Below the pieces are notes generated by a model. It had not been told where the DNA came from and ran no database searches. It saw only the letters and a list, made by a program, of their open reading frames with translations. A stretch of DNA of 64,000 nucleotides from positions 9 through 64,008 of the forward strand of contig DAMDOU010000003.1 in NCBI GenBank assembly GCA_032083065.1, read 5' to 3'. The position numbers and the translations under genes are program-made. Positions 26,014 through 34,683 of this stretch are shown here, piece by piece. Positions within the stretch are counted from its first letter, which is position 1, and every line of letters starts with the position of its first letter. Source of the DNA: Paenibacillus sp. (GTDB lineage Bacteria; Bacillota; Bacilli; Paenibacillales; Paenibacillaceae).

Positions 26014-27189
26014 TCACTCGATGGTAACGTCCGGGTCCGTAAGGAAGGCCGTAATCGGCATTGAAGCGGCGCCGAGCGCAGTGGAACGGATGCCCAGCTT
26101 GGCGAAGTCGACATGCGTTTTCTTGCGATGGTACGACAAACTCCGGTTCTCGATCGTGCGCAGCATGGCGTCTTCAAACAGTTCTCCGGCCAGCGACAAA
26201 CGGTTGCCGATGACGATGAGCTCGGGGTTGAGAATGTTGACCAGATTCGCCAGTCCGACACCGAGTTGGGAACCGATCTCGTTTAGCAGGGAAACGGCGG
26301 TATGATCACCCTGTTTGGCCGCTTTTAGAATCCCCTCCAGATCAGGAGCTTCGCCCTTCCATTCTACGGTTGCCGCACGATCAAGCAAGGCTTTCTCCGA
26401 GGCCAGGGTTTCCCAACAGCCACGGTTGCCGCAGCGGCAGAGCGGGCCATTCTCGGCAATCGTCATATGTCCGACTTCGCCGGAGAAATTGGAAGTTCCA
26501 CGGTATAGCTCTCCGCCGACGATGATTCCCGAACCGATTCCGACGCCAAGACTTAGATAGATTAAATTGAGCGAATCGCGTCCGGCACCGTACAGCTTCT
26601 CACCAATTGCACCGGCATTCGCCTCATTGTCTATATGAATGTTGCCGCTAAAGTCGGCGTCCAGCGCTCCAGCAAGATCGACATTGTCCCAGCCCAGATT
26701 GGGGGCGGAAACGACGCGGTTCTTCTCATTAACGAGTCCGGGTACTCCGATGCCGACACCGACGATCCCGTAAGGAGACTCGGGCAGCTTGCGCTTAAGC
26801 AGCGAGATTGTTTTACGAATTTGTTCAAGAACCGTTTCGGGAGAGAAGTCCGTTAGCGGAACGTTTTTTTCATGGAGAACATTGCCTTCCAAATCAACCA
26901 AAATGGCCAGCAGATCGCTGACCCGGATATCTATGCCGATGGCGAAGCCCGCATGTTTATTGAACAGCAGCAGTGTCGGTTTGCGCCCGCCGCTCGATTC
27001 TCCCGGACCGATCTCCGTAACCAGATTGCTGTCGATCAGTTCGGACACGAGCGAGGAGACGGTGGCTTTATTCAGGCCGATGCCGGCGGAAATATCCGCG
27101 CGGGACAAGGGCTGTCGCTGACGGATCGTGTCCAGCACAATGCTCTTGTTCATCTTCTTAATCAACTGCTGGTCGCCGGTAATTTTCAT
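26014..27189 (-). CDS. xylR: ROK-family xylose repressor
   Basis: N-terminal wHTH (LSRADISAGIGLNKATVSSLVSEL). ROK sugar-kinase fold with a CRCGNRGCWE zinc motif. Divergent from xylA. The ATG at 27189 is 5 nt after GGAGGA. Confidence 0.9.
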   Translation of the reverse strand: MKITGDQQLIKKMNKSIVLDTIRQRQPLSRADISAGIGLNKATVSSLVSELIDSNLVTEIGPGESSGGRKPTLLLFNKHAGFAIGIDIRVSDLLAILVDLEGNVLHEKNVPLTDFSPETVLEQIRKTISLLKRKLPESPYGIVGVGIGVPGLVNEKNRVVSAPNLGWDNVDLAGALDADFSGNIHIDNEANAGAIGEKLYGAGRDSLNLIYLSLGVGIGSGIIVGGELYRGTSNFSGEVGHMTIAENGPLCRCGNRGCWETLASEKALLDRAATVEWKGEAPDLEGILKAAKQGDHTAVSLLNEIGSQLGVGLANLVNILNPELIVIGNRLSLAGELFEDAMLRTIENRSLSYHRKKTHVDFAKLGIRSTALGAASMPITAFLTDPDVTIE

Positions 27190-27256
27190 GACAATCCTCC
27201 GTATACGCTTGCTCTTATCTGTCATCATAACATAAAAATAAAAAGCTAACTGAATA

Positions 27257-27285
27257 ACTTAGTTAGTTTACTAGACAAACTAAGT
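27257..27285. promoter_or_regulatory. xyl operator (XylR binding palindrome)
   Basis: AGTTAGTTTAC-TAG-ACAAACTAAGT (27261-27285). Half-sites match 9/11 with each other and resemble the Bacillus xylO halves AGTTAGTTT / AAACTAACT (recalled). Lies between xylR and xylA. Confidence 0.6.
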
Positions 27286-27417
27286 ATAACGTGATACGAT
27301 CTAGTTGAAAAGGGCACGAACTTAAATTTACGGGGTATGCTACCTTGTTAAATCTTTAAGGGAGCCCTTTTGAAAGGGCTTACCAAAAAATTAAAATCAT
27401 GCAGGGAGGACTCAAAA

Positions 27418-28734
27418 GTGAGTTATTTCAAGAACATTAGCAAGATTTCGTATGAAGGCACAGGCTCCACCAACCCTCTGGCATTTAAACATTATAACGA
27501 AAATGAAGTTGTACTCGGAAAATCGATGAAAGACCACCTCCGGTTTGCTGTAGCTTACTGGCATACATTTACAATGAACGGTACCGATCCTTTTGGTGCT
27601 GCGAACATGATCCGTCCTTGGGAAACCGTATCCGGCCTGGATCTGGCTAAAGAACGTGTAGAAGTAAACTTTGAATTCCTCGAGAAGCTCGGCGCTCCTT
27701 ACTATTGCTTCCATGATGTTGACGTAGCTCCGGAAGGCGCAACATTGAAAGAATCCAATGCGAATCTTGATGTGATCGTCGCTAAACTGAAAGAAGGCAT
27801 GAAATCTACAGGCGTTAAGTTGCTTTGGAATACGGCTAACATGTTCTCGAACCCGCGTTATGTCCATGGTGCAGCAACGACTTCCAATGCCGACGTATTT
27901 GCTTATGCAGCTGCTCAAGTTAAAAAAGGCTTAGAAACTGCAGTTGAACTGGGCTCCGAAAACTACGTATTCTGGGGTGGCCGCGAAGGTTACGAGTCCC
28001 TGTTGAACACGGATATGGGCCTTGAGCTCGACAACCTGGCAAGATTCTTCCATATGGCTGTCGACTATGCCAAAGAAATCGGCTACACCGGCCAATTCCT
28101 GATCGAGCCAAAACCAAAAGAGCCTACAAAACACCAATATGATTTCGACGCAGCTACTACGATTGCGTTCTTGCAAAAATACGGTTTGGATAAGCACTTC
28201 AAGCTTAACCTGGAAGCTAACCATGCTACTTTGGCAGGCCACACATTCGAACATGAACTGCGCGTTGCCCGCATTAACAACATGCTCGGTTCGATCGACG
28301 CCAACCAAGGCGACATGCTGCTCGGCTGGGATACCGACGAATTCCCGACTGACCTGTATTCCGTTACACTTGCTATGTACGAAATTCTCGAAAACGGCGG
28401 CATCGGCTCCGGAGGCGTAAACTTCGACGCGAAAGTAAGACGTACTTCTTTCGAGCCTGAAGATTTGTTCTACGCTCACATCGCAGGTATGGATACCTTT
28501 GCGAAAGGCTTGAAAGTAGCTGCAAAAATGAAAGAAGAGAAATTCATCGACGGATTGCTTGAAGAGCGCTACTCCAGCTTCAAATCGGGCATCGGCGCTG
28601 ACATCGTGTCCGGCAAAGCCAACTTCAAATCGTTGGAAGCTTATGCACTTGAGCACAGTGACATCCGTAACAAATCGAACCACCTCGAACTGGTGAAAGC
28701 CCGTTTGAACGAATATATCTTCGGAACAAAATAA
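27418..28734 (+). CDS. xylA: Xylose isomerase
   Basis: [26 protein letters not shown]..., WHTF, FHDVD and [17 protein letters not shown] are class II XylA hallmarks. GTG at 27418 is 7 nt after GGGAGGA. Confidence 0.95.
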   Translation: MSYFKNISKISYEGTGSTNPLAFKHYNENEVVLGKSMKDHLRFAVAYWHTFTMNGTDPFGAANMIRPWETVSGLDLAKERVEVNFEFLEKLGAPYYCFHDVDVAPEGATLKESNANLDVIVAKLKEGMKSTGVKLLWNTANMFSNPRYVHGAATTSNADVFAYAAAQVKKGLETAVELGSENYVFWGGREGYESLLNTDMGLELDNLARFFHMAVDYAKEIGYTGQFLIEPKPKEPTKHQYDFDAATTIAFLQKYGLDKHFKLNLEANHATLAGHTFEHELRVARINNMLGSIDANQGDMLLGWDTDEFPTDLYSVTLAMYEILENGGIGSGGVNFDAKVRRTSFEPEDLFYAHIAGMDTFAKGLKVAAKMKEEKFIDGLLEERYSSFKSGIGADIVSGKANFKSLEAYALEHSDIRNKSNHLELVKARLNEYIFGTK

Positions 28735-28790
28735 GCAATCGGAATGAGAATGAACGAATACCGGTGCGATTGATCTTTGATTGAAACAGC

Positions 28791-28817
28791 AAAAAGGGAC
28801 GCCTGCCGTCCCTTTTT
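28791..28817 (+). terminator. Terminator between xylA and xylB
   Basis: AAAAAGGGACG-cctgc-CGTCCCTTTTT. Confidence 0.75.
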
Positions 28818-28894
28818 GTGGTATTTGGCCTGTTTATTTAGGCACGGTGCAGTGCTGTTTAATTGACTAGTTGAGTGAAGGGAGAGCGTCACGG

Positions 28895-30391
28895 ATGAAA
28901 TACGTTATAGGGATTGACCTTGGCACAAGCTCGGTAAAAACGGTGCTGGTGAACAAGGAAGGAGAAATTAAAGGGGAAGCTACCGCGGCTTACCCGCTAA
29001 TTCAGGAGCGTCCGGGCTACAGCGAGCAAAATCCGGAGGAATGGGTCAATGGTACGGTAGCCTGCTTGAAGCAACTGCTTCAGGAGAACGGCATTTCGGG
29101 GGAAGATATCGAGGGCGTATCTTACTCGGGACAAATGCACGGCATGGTTTTGCTGGATGAGCAGAATAACGTGTTGCGTAATGCGATTCTGTGGAATGAT
29201 ACGCGCACGACGAAGGAGTGTCGGGAAATCGAGCAGAAGCTCGGCGGCAAGCTGCTCGATATTACGCGTAATGCAGCCCTGGAAGGATTTACGTTGCCGA
29301 AAATCCTGTGGGTACAAAAGCATGAGCCCGAGCTGTTCGCCAAGGCGGCACGCTTTGTGCTGCCGAAGGACTACCTGCGCTACCGGATGACCGGGCGCGT
29401 AGAGATGGAAATCTCCGATGCCGCAGGCACGCTGCTGCTGAACGTTCCGGAAGGAGCTTGGAGCGAGGAAATCGCTCAGGCGTTTGGCCTTCCGGAAGGG
29501 TTCTGCCCGCCGCTGGTCGGCAGCACGGAGCAAACCGGCACGCTGCTGCCGGAATTCGCGCAGCAGTGCGGGCTCTCACCGAACACCCGGGTGTTCGGCG
29601 GCGGCGCGGACAATGCCTGCGGCGCGGTAGGCGCCGGCATTGTCCGTAAGGGCGATGCGCTGTGCAGCATCGGCACGTCCGGCGTTGTCCTCACGTATGA
29701 AGAGGACAAGAACAAGGACTTCGCCGGCAAGGTGCATTTCTTTAACCACGCGCATCCGGGCGCTTTTTACGCCATGGGTGTGACCCTGGCGGCAGGCTAC
29801 TCGCTGAGCTGGTTCAAGGACTCGCTCGCGCCGGAGCTCAGCTTCAATGAAATGCTTGAGCCTGTCGGCTCGTTGCCTCCGGGTGCGGACGGCCTGTTGT
29901 TCACGCCGTATCTGGTCGGCGAACGCACGCCGCATGCGGACAGTGTTATCCGCGGCAGCTTCATCGGCCTGTCCGGCACGCACCGCCGTGAGCATCTCGC
30001 CCGTGCGGTAATGGAAGGCATCACATTCTCGCTGGCTGAATCCGTGGCTTTGTTCCGCGAAGCCGGCATCACGATCGAACGCGTCATCTCCATCGGCGGC
30101 GGCGCCAAGAATCCGGTCTGGCTGCAAATGCAGGCCGACATCTTCGGCACGCCGGTCGTGTCGCTGAAGAACGAGCAAGGCCCGGCGATGGGCTCGGCCA
30201 TGATGGCCGCCGTCGGCTGCGGCTGGTTCGGCAGCCTGAAAGAGTGCGCCGATAAATTTATCGGCTACGGCAAAACCTACGAGCCGATCCCGGCTAACGT
30301 AGAAACTTACGGCCGCCTGTTCAAGCTGTATCAGCAAGTTTACTCCGCAACCCGCTCGCTGAACGAAGGGCTGCAAGAATTCCGCGGCTAA
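28895..30391 (+). CDS. xylB: Xylulokinase (FGGY family)
   Basis: MKYVIGIDLGTSSVKTVL..., QMHG, and GGGAKNPVWLQMQADIFG. The ATG at 28895 is 8 nt after GAAGGGAGAG. Confidence 0.95.
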   Translation: MKYVIGIDLGTSSVKTVLVNKEGEIKGEATAAYPLIQERPGYSEQNPEEWVNGTVACLKQLLQENGISGEDIEGVSYSGQMHGMVLLDEQNNVLRNAILWNDTRTTKECREIEQKLGGKLLDITRNAALEGFTLPKILWVQKHEPELFAKAARFVLPKDYLRYRMTGRVEMEISDAAGTLLLNVPEGAWSEEIAQAFGLPEGFCPPLVGSTEQTGTLLPEFAQQCGLSPNTRVFGGGADNACGAVGAGIVRKGDALCSIGTSGVVLTYEEDKNKDFAGKVHFFNHAHPGAFYAMGVTLAAGYSLSWFKDSLAPELSFNEMLEPVGSLPPGADGLLFTPYLVGERTPHADSVIRGSFIGLSGTHRREHLARAVMEGITFSLAESVALFREAGITIERVISIGGGAKNPVWLQMQADIFGTPVVSLKNEQGPAMGSAMMAAVGCGWFGSLKECADKFIGYGKTYEPIPANVETYGRLFKLYQQVYSATRSLNEGLQEFRG

Positions 30392-30443
30392 TATGGCCAG
30401 GCAGGGTAGTCAGCGTTAAACTAGCTGAATAAAAATATTGCAA

Positions 30444-30486
30444 AAAGCGCGTGATTCTATTTTTGTTGAAGAGAACCACGCGCTTT
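30444..30486. terminator. Hairpin terminator, probably bidirectional (xylB on plus; stronger for the minus-strand hrtBA read-through)
   Basis: AAAGCGCGTG, a 23-nt loop, CACGCGCTTT. Only T3 follows on the plus strand, but T5 follows on the minus strand. Confidence 0.5.
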
Positions 30487-30542
30487 GACGTTTTGAAGCC
30501 AACTAACTAGTCTTGCCTGGGGCCTGGCCACTTTGCCGATAA

Positions 30543-30829
30543 ATTACCTGTATTATCTACAGGTAATTTGCTCGAATCCGGCCATTCCAGATAATTACCT
30601 GTATTACCTACAGTTAATTCTTATCCTTTCCGCCTTTTTCGCTCTAAGCGCCTAAATTAACTGTAGACTTTCCAGCTAAGTTGTTCGAAACAGGCTTACC
30701 GCACGAAATAACTGTAGGTTTTCCAGCTAACTTATGGGGCTAGACTTGGCGAGTTCAACTAACGAGCCTGGCCCCCAGTAGAAGAAGGCCCACTCCTAAG
30801 TTCCGGCCAACTGCACGAATGAGTTACCT
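30543..30829. repeat. 287-bp four-hairpin modular element, copy 1
   Basis: Identical to 30955-31241 except for 2 nt. Modules have loop centres at 30555, 30606, 30668 and 30719. The first is AAATTACCTGTA-ttatc-TACAGGTAATTT. Confidence 0.9.
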
Positions 30830-30954
30830 AACTGCAAGAATGGTTACTTTAACTAACGGGTCTCCAAACCGCGCACATGATGCAAACCCTCCAGTAACTA
30901 GTAACTTCATGCTTTATTGCTAGATACTCGTGGGAGGACGGTCGGAAGAGTTAT

Positions 30955-31241
30955 ATTACCTGTATTTCCTACAGGTAATTTGCTCGAATCCGGCCATTCC
31001 AGATAATTACCTGTATTACCTACAGTTAATTCTTATCCTTTCCGCCTTTTTCGCTCTAAGCGCCTAAATTAACTGTAGACTTTCCAGCTAAGTTGTTCGA
31101 AACAGGCTTACCGCACGAAATAACTGTAGGTTTTCCAGCTAACTTATGGGGCTAGACTTGGCGAGTTCAACTAACGAGCCTGGCCCCCAGTAGAAGAAGG
31201 CCCACTCCTAAGTTCCGGCCAACTGCACGAATGAGTTACCT
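30955..31241. repeat. 287-bp four-hairpin modular element, copy 2
   Basis: Offset of 412 bp from copy 1. The only differences are in the first hairpin loop (tttcc vs ttatc). Ends 3 nt before the hrtA stop codon. Confidence 0.9.
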
Positions 31242-31243
31242 CG

Positions 31244-31981
31244 TCATGCCTCTGACAGCTGGCCGTCCTCAATGTATACAACGCGGTCGCATAGATCGAG
31301 CATGCGCTGGTCATGGGTAACCATGACGGCGGCTTTGCCGCGATGTTTGACCTCGTCGGCCAGCATCTGCACGACGTCGCGGCCGCGCTCGGAATCGAGG
31401 CTGGCGTTCGGCTCGTCCGCGAGGATGATCTCGGGGTCGTTCATCCAGGCGCGGGCGATGGCGGCGCGTTGTCTTTCGCCGCCGGAGAGCGACTCCGGGT
31501 AATGGCGCAGCCGGCGGCCTAGACCGAGTCGTTCGAGCAGCTCGTCGGCTTTCTTCTTGGACTCGCTCTTCGGTTTGCCGGCCAACTCGCCGATCAGCAG
31601 CAGTTGGTCCCGAACGGTTAAGTACGGGATCAAATTCGCGGATTGGAATATGAATCCGATCTTAGCCAGCCGCACATCGTTCAGTTCCGGCCCGGAAAGC
31701 TTGCTGATATCCTGGCCGCTGATCAGAACCCTTCCTTCGGTAGGCGACAGCAGGGCTCCCGCAATGGAGAGGAACGTGCTTTTTCCTGCTCCCGAAGGGC
31801 CGACGACCGCCACGAATTCCCCGGCCTTTACCTCCAGCGATACCTGGTCAAGCACATGGACCGAAGCATCGCCGTCACCATAAACTTTGCTGACTTTGTC
31901 GAGCAGTAGCTTCGTTTCCACGCCTGAGTTCGTGTGTATTCCCAATTTCATATCTCGTTCTTGAATCGTAGTAGTATTCAT
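31244..31981 (-). CDS. hrtA: Heme-efflux ABC transporter ATP-binding protein
   Basis: Walker A GPSGAGKST, signature LSGGERQR, Walker B ILADEP. The start ATG overlaps the hrtB TAA (ATAATG), indicating translational coupling. Confidence 0.85.
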   Translation of the reverse strand: MNTTTIQERDMKLGIHTNSGVETKLLLDKVSKVYGDGDASVHVLDQVSLEVKAGEFVAVVGPSGAGKSTFLSIAGALLSPTEGRVLISGQDISKLSGPELNDVRLAKIGFIFQSANLIPYLTVRDQLLLIGELAGKPKSESKKKADELLERLGLGRRLRHYPESLSGGERQRAAIARAWMNDPEIILADEPNASLDSERGRDVVQMLADEVKHRGKAAVMVTHDQRMLDLCDRVVYIEDGQLSEA

Positions 31982-33117
31982 TATGCGGCCCTCCCGATTG
32001 CTTCGATTGCGTCCACTTTAGCTACCCGGTACAGTGAGAGCAGCGAGCCTGCTACGGCTACGGCCAGGAATAACAACGAACTGCCGCCGACCAGACTAAA
32101 GTTCAGTTCAAAAGGCATGCTGTCCGGCAGCACGGACGAAACGCCGTAAGTTAAGGCGATCCCAATCGCCAGGCTGACGACGGAAAGAGAGAGAACCTGG
32201 GCGAGCATACTTCGAGCCAGAAATCCCGTCTTGGCGCCGATTGCTTTGAGTACGCCGAATTGGTTCATTTTCTGGATTGTGATCACGTAAAAGAATACGG
32301 CGAGGACGAATGCAGCAATAATAAACAGGAACGCAATCATCATCAGCAGGGAACCTTGCTCTTCCTTGTAGCCCGGAATTCCCTTCAATGCTTCGGACTT
32401 GCCGATTACTTCCACACCGGATACCTGCTCCCCGATGAAATCGGCTGTGGAACCGGACGCCTTCAGGGTGATCGCGTTAAACGGAACAACCTGACCGGTG
32501 CCTTTAATTGCGCTGTTTGAGCCGCCGGCGACTGTCTGCCATGCCGCGAAATTCATGTGGATGACCGGGGCGTGGCTGAACGATTGGCCTTCCGTAAATC
32601 CAATGATCGTAAACTGCCGGCCTGAGGCCTGGTCCTCGATAACATCGCCCAGCTTCAGTCCTTCCGATTGGAATGACGAATCGGCGACGACTTCATCCGC
32701 CGTAGCATCGTCGATCATTTGCCCTTCCGTTACTTTTGGGGCAAGGAAGCCTTCAGCCTCGACGGCAAAAAAGGCGGCATCGATCTTTTTGGGCGAACCG
32801 ACCTTTGTCACTGAAGACATCTGAACCCCCAACGGTGCGACATCCGTGTTTTCGCCTGTATCAGCGTTTCCGAGCAACGCATTGACTTCCGCCAGCTTAT
32901 CGGCCGTTAGTGCGGAGCGGTTTAGGCGGTGATCGCTATTCTGATCCAGCACTAGATAATCTGTGTTCATATTTTGAATCGAAGAGGCGTTATCGGAGGA
33001 CAGCCCTTTGGCCAGACCGGAAACGAATAGAACCAGCCAGGCGATCAGGACCATGATCAAACAAATCAACATATAACGCGTCTTGGCATGCTTTAATTCG
33101 CGTATAGCCAGAAACAT
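31981..33117 (-). CDS. hrtB: Heme-efflux ABC transporter permease (FtsX/MacB-type, 4 TM)
   Basis: MFLAIRELKHAKTRYMLICLIMVLIAWLVLFVSGLAKGL..., FFYVITIQKMNQFGVLKAIGAKT... and KVDAIEAIGRAA closely follow the S. aureus HrtB pattern (recalled). An HssR box lies upstream. Confidence 0.85.
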   Translation of the reverse strand: MFLAIRELKHAKTRYMLICLIMVLIAWLVLFVSGLAKGLSSDNASSIQNMNTDYLVLDQNSDHRLNRSALTADKLAEVNALLGNADTGENTDVAPLGVQMSSVTKVGSPKKIDAAFFAVEAEGFLAPKVTEGQMIDDATADEVVADSSFQSEGLKLGDVIEDQASGRQFTIIGFTEGQSFSHAPVIHMNFAAWQTVAGGSNSAIKGTGQVVPFNAITLKASGSTADFIGEQVSGVEVIGKSEALKGIPGYKEEQGSLLMMIAFLFIIAAFVLAVFFYVITIQKMNQFGVLKAIGAKTGFLARSMLAQVLSLSVVSLAIGIALTYGVSSVLPDSMPFELNFSLVGGSSLLFLAVAVAGSLLSLYRVAKVDAIEAIGRAA

Positions 33118-33232
33118 CTTTAACTTCAGCTCCTATCCTGCAGCGTCACCGCATAACGTTGAATCGTATCGTATCGTACGGTTCGGTGCGCGGTGCGCTT
33201 ATTATTTGTATGCGGGTGATTGCCGCACTTCA

Positions 33233-33265
33233 AATATAAACAGGATGTATGAACGCAATATGAAC
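33233..33265 (-). promoter_or_regulatory. hrtBA promoter with HssR direct-repeat box
   Basis: The minus strand reads GTTCATATT-GC-GTTCATACA (33265-33245), matching the S. aureus HssR site GTTCATATT-NN-GTTCATATT at 16/18. A TATATT -10 follows 7 nt downstream (33238-33233). Confidence 0.75.
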
Positions 33266-33297
33266 GGAAGCTGAGCCGGCAATGAAAGAGACGAGGA

Positions 33298-34683
33298 TTA
33301 CTGAGTCGGCAAAGTGATGCGGAACCTCGTACCTACTCCGAGTTCGCTCTCTACCTCGATTTCTCCGCCGTGCATTTCGACGATCTTTTCCACGATCGCA
33401 AGACCAAGACCGCTGCTGCCCTCTTTGCGGTTGCGCGATTTGTCCGCTCGGTAAAACCGTTGGAATATGTTCTGTAGATTCTCTTCCGAAATTCCGATGC
33501 CGGTATCGGCAATTTCCACCGTGATGGATTCTTTCCCTCGAGGAAGCAGCCGAATCGAAATCGTACCGCCGTTTTCCGTAAACTTGATGCTGTTGGTGAT
33601 CAGGTTAATCCAGACCTGGTGCAGCAGCTTACTGTCGGCATGGATGACGAGCGAGGGAAGCTCCATTTTGATCGCGAGCTCTTTTTCACGCCAGCTCCAT
33701 TCGGTCATGAACAGCACTTGCTTGATTTGAGCCCCCACATCAAAAGAGCTCTTCTCCAGAATCGCTTCCTCCTTCTCCAATGAGGCAAGGGTCAGCAGTT
33801 GCTTGCTCAATTGCGACATTCTCCGGCTCTCATCCTCAATGATCGAAAGGTAGCGGCGGCGCTGTTCCTCCGGCAGATCGGCGGTCAGCAGCGTATGTGA
33901 GAATCCTTGGATCGAGGCTAGCGGAGACTGAATTTCATGAGAGACGTTGGAGACGAATTCCTGACGCATCGCTTCGAGTTGCTCCAAACTTTTTGCCATA
34001 TTAGAAAAATTAACGGCGAGCTTGCCGATTTCATCGTCCCGCTTTACGTCCAGTTTAATGTTGTATTTCCCCCGCGCCAGCATTTTGGTGGCTTCCGTCA
34101 GTTTGACGATAGGCTTAACGATATATCGGGTGCTGAACGTAACCAGGATAATGCTAAGCACAATAGACACGAGAAGGATCATCGCAAAAAAGGTCCGCAT
34201 TTCCCCGAACTGCACCATAGCATTAGGGCGGAGGAATAAGGCATAGGCCGGTTCACCGGGGCGGTGGAGCGGCACGCCAATCGTATTGCTGAGGGCATTG
34301 TCGAAGAACCCCGTAATGAACAGACCCGTCGGGAATTCGTTGATCCCATGGTACACTTGCCCGTCGAGAACCGACCGGACCACTTCCGGATCGATCCCCG
34401 TTTTTCGGAAGTTTTGTCCGTAAAAGGTACCCTGGCCCTGCTCATCCGCCAAATAAAATTGATACCCGAGCTTTCCGATATGGTCCAGGTACGGAGCGAG
34501 AGACAGCTCTCTGTTGTCCTCGTAGAATTGTTTGATTTGCTCGGCCATATGGGTGACCTTGCTGTCATTATACGGTTTAAGGTTGTACTGGTAATAAATG
34601 TTCGAGGCGAAAAAGGCGAGGGTACTGCTGAGAATCATCACGAGCACGGTGGTTGCGACGATACGATGATAGAGATTTCTCAC
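33298..34683 (-). CDS. hssS: Heme-sensing histidine kinase
   Basis: Two TM helices with an extracytoplasmic loop, HAMP, H-box FVSNVSHEIQSPLASI, and ATPase boxes (NSIKFT, DTGIGI, GLGLAIV). Overlaps hssR by 4 nt. Context includes hrtBA. Confidence 0.85.
   Translation of the reverse strand: MRNLYHRIVATTVLVMILSSTLAFFASNIYYQYNLKPYNDSKVTHMAEQIKQFYEDNRELSLAPYLDHIGKLGYQFYLADEQGQGTFYGQNFRKTGIDPEVVRSVLDGQVYHGINEFPTGLFITGFFDNALSNTIGVPLHRPGEPAYALFLRPNAMVQFGEMRTFFAMILLVSIVLSIILVTFSTRYIVKPIVKLTEATKMLARGKYNIKLDVKRDDEIGKLAVNFSNMAKSLEQLEAMRQEFVSNVSHEIQSPLASIQGFSHTLLTADLPEEQRRRYLSIIEDESRRMSQLSKQLLTLASLEKEEAILEKSSFDVGAQIKQVLFMTEWSWREKELAIKMELPSLVIHADSKLLHQVWINLITNSIKFTENGGTISIRLLPRGKESITVEIADTGIGISEENLQNIFQRFYRADKSRNRKEGSSGLGLAIVEKIVEMHGGEIEVESELGVGTRFRITLPTQ

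Noticed and set aside
27371-27384. The cre-like TGAAAGGGCTTACC in the xylA leader.
   Set aside because: It has two mismatches to the cre consensus, including the central CG. It also forms half of a local hairpin (AGCCCTTT-tgaa-AAGGGCT). It is mentioned only as a weak relative of the two better sites.
27931-30376. Long antisense ORFs opposite xylA (250 aa) and xylB (266 aa, 178 aa and others).
   Set aside because: xylA and xylB are unambiguous. The antisense frames are compositional artefacts.
30600-30625. ACAGTTAA words in the hairpin right arms resemble LytTR (AgrA/ComE-type) binding sites.
   Set aside because: LytTR sites are direct repeats with a ~12-bp spacer (21-bp period). Here the words are ~51-62 bp apart and form parts of palindromes. 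No LytTR regulator gene is nearby.
30540-31241. The possibility that the regularly spaced hairpins are a CRISPR array.
   Set aside because: The repeats are not uniform; there are four different module sequences. Spacing alternates 51/62 rather than being constant. The 'spacers' are themselves duplicated between the two 287-bp copies. No cas genes or leader are present in the window.
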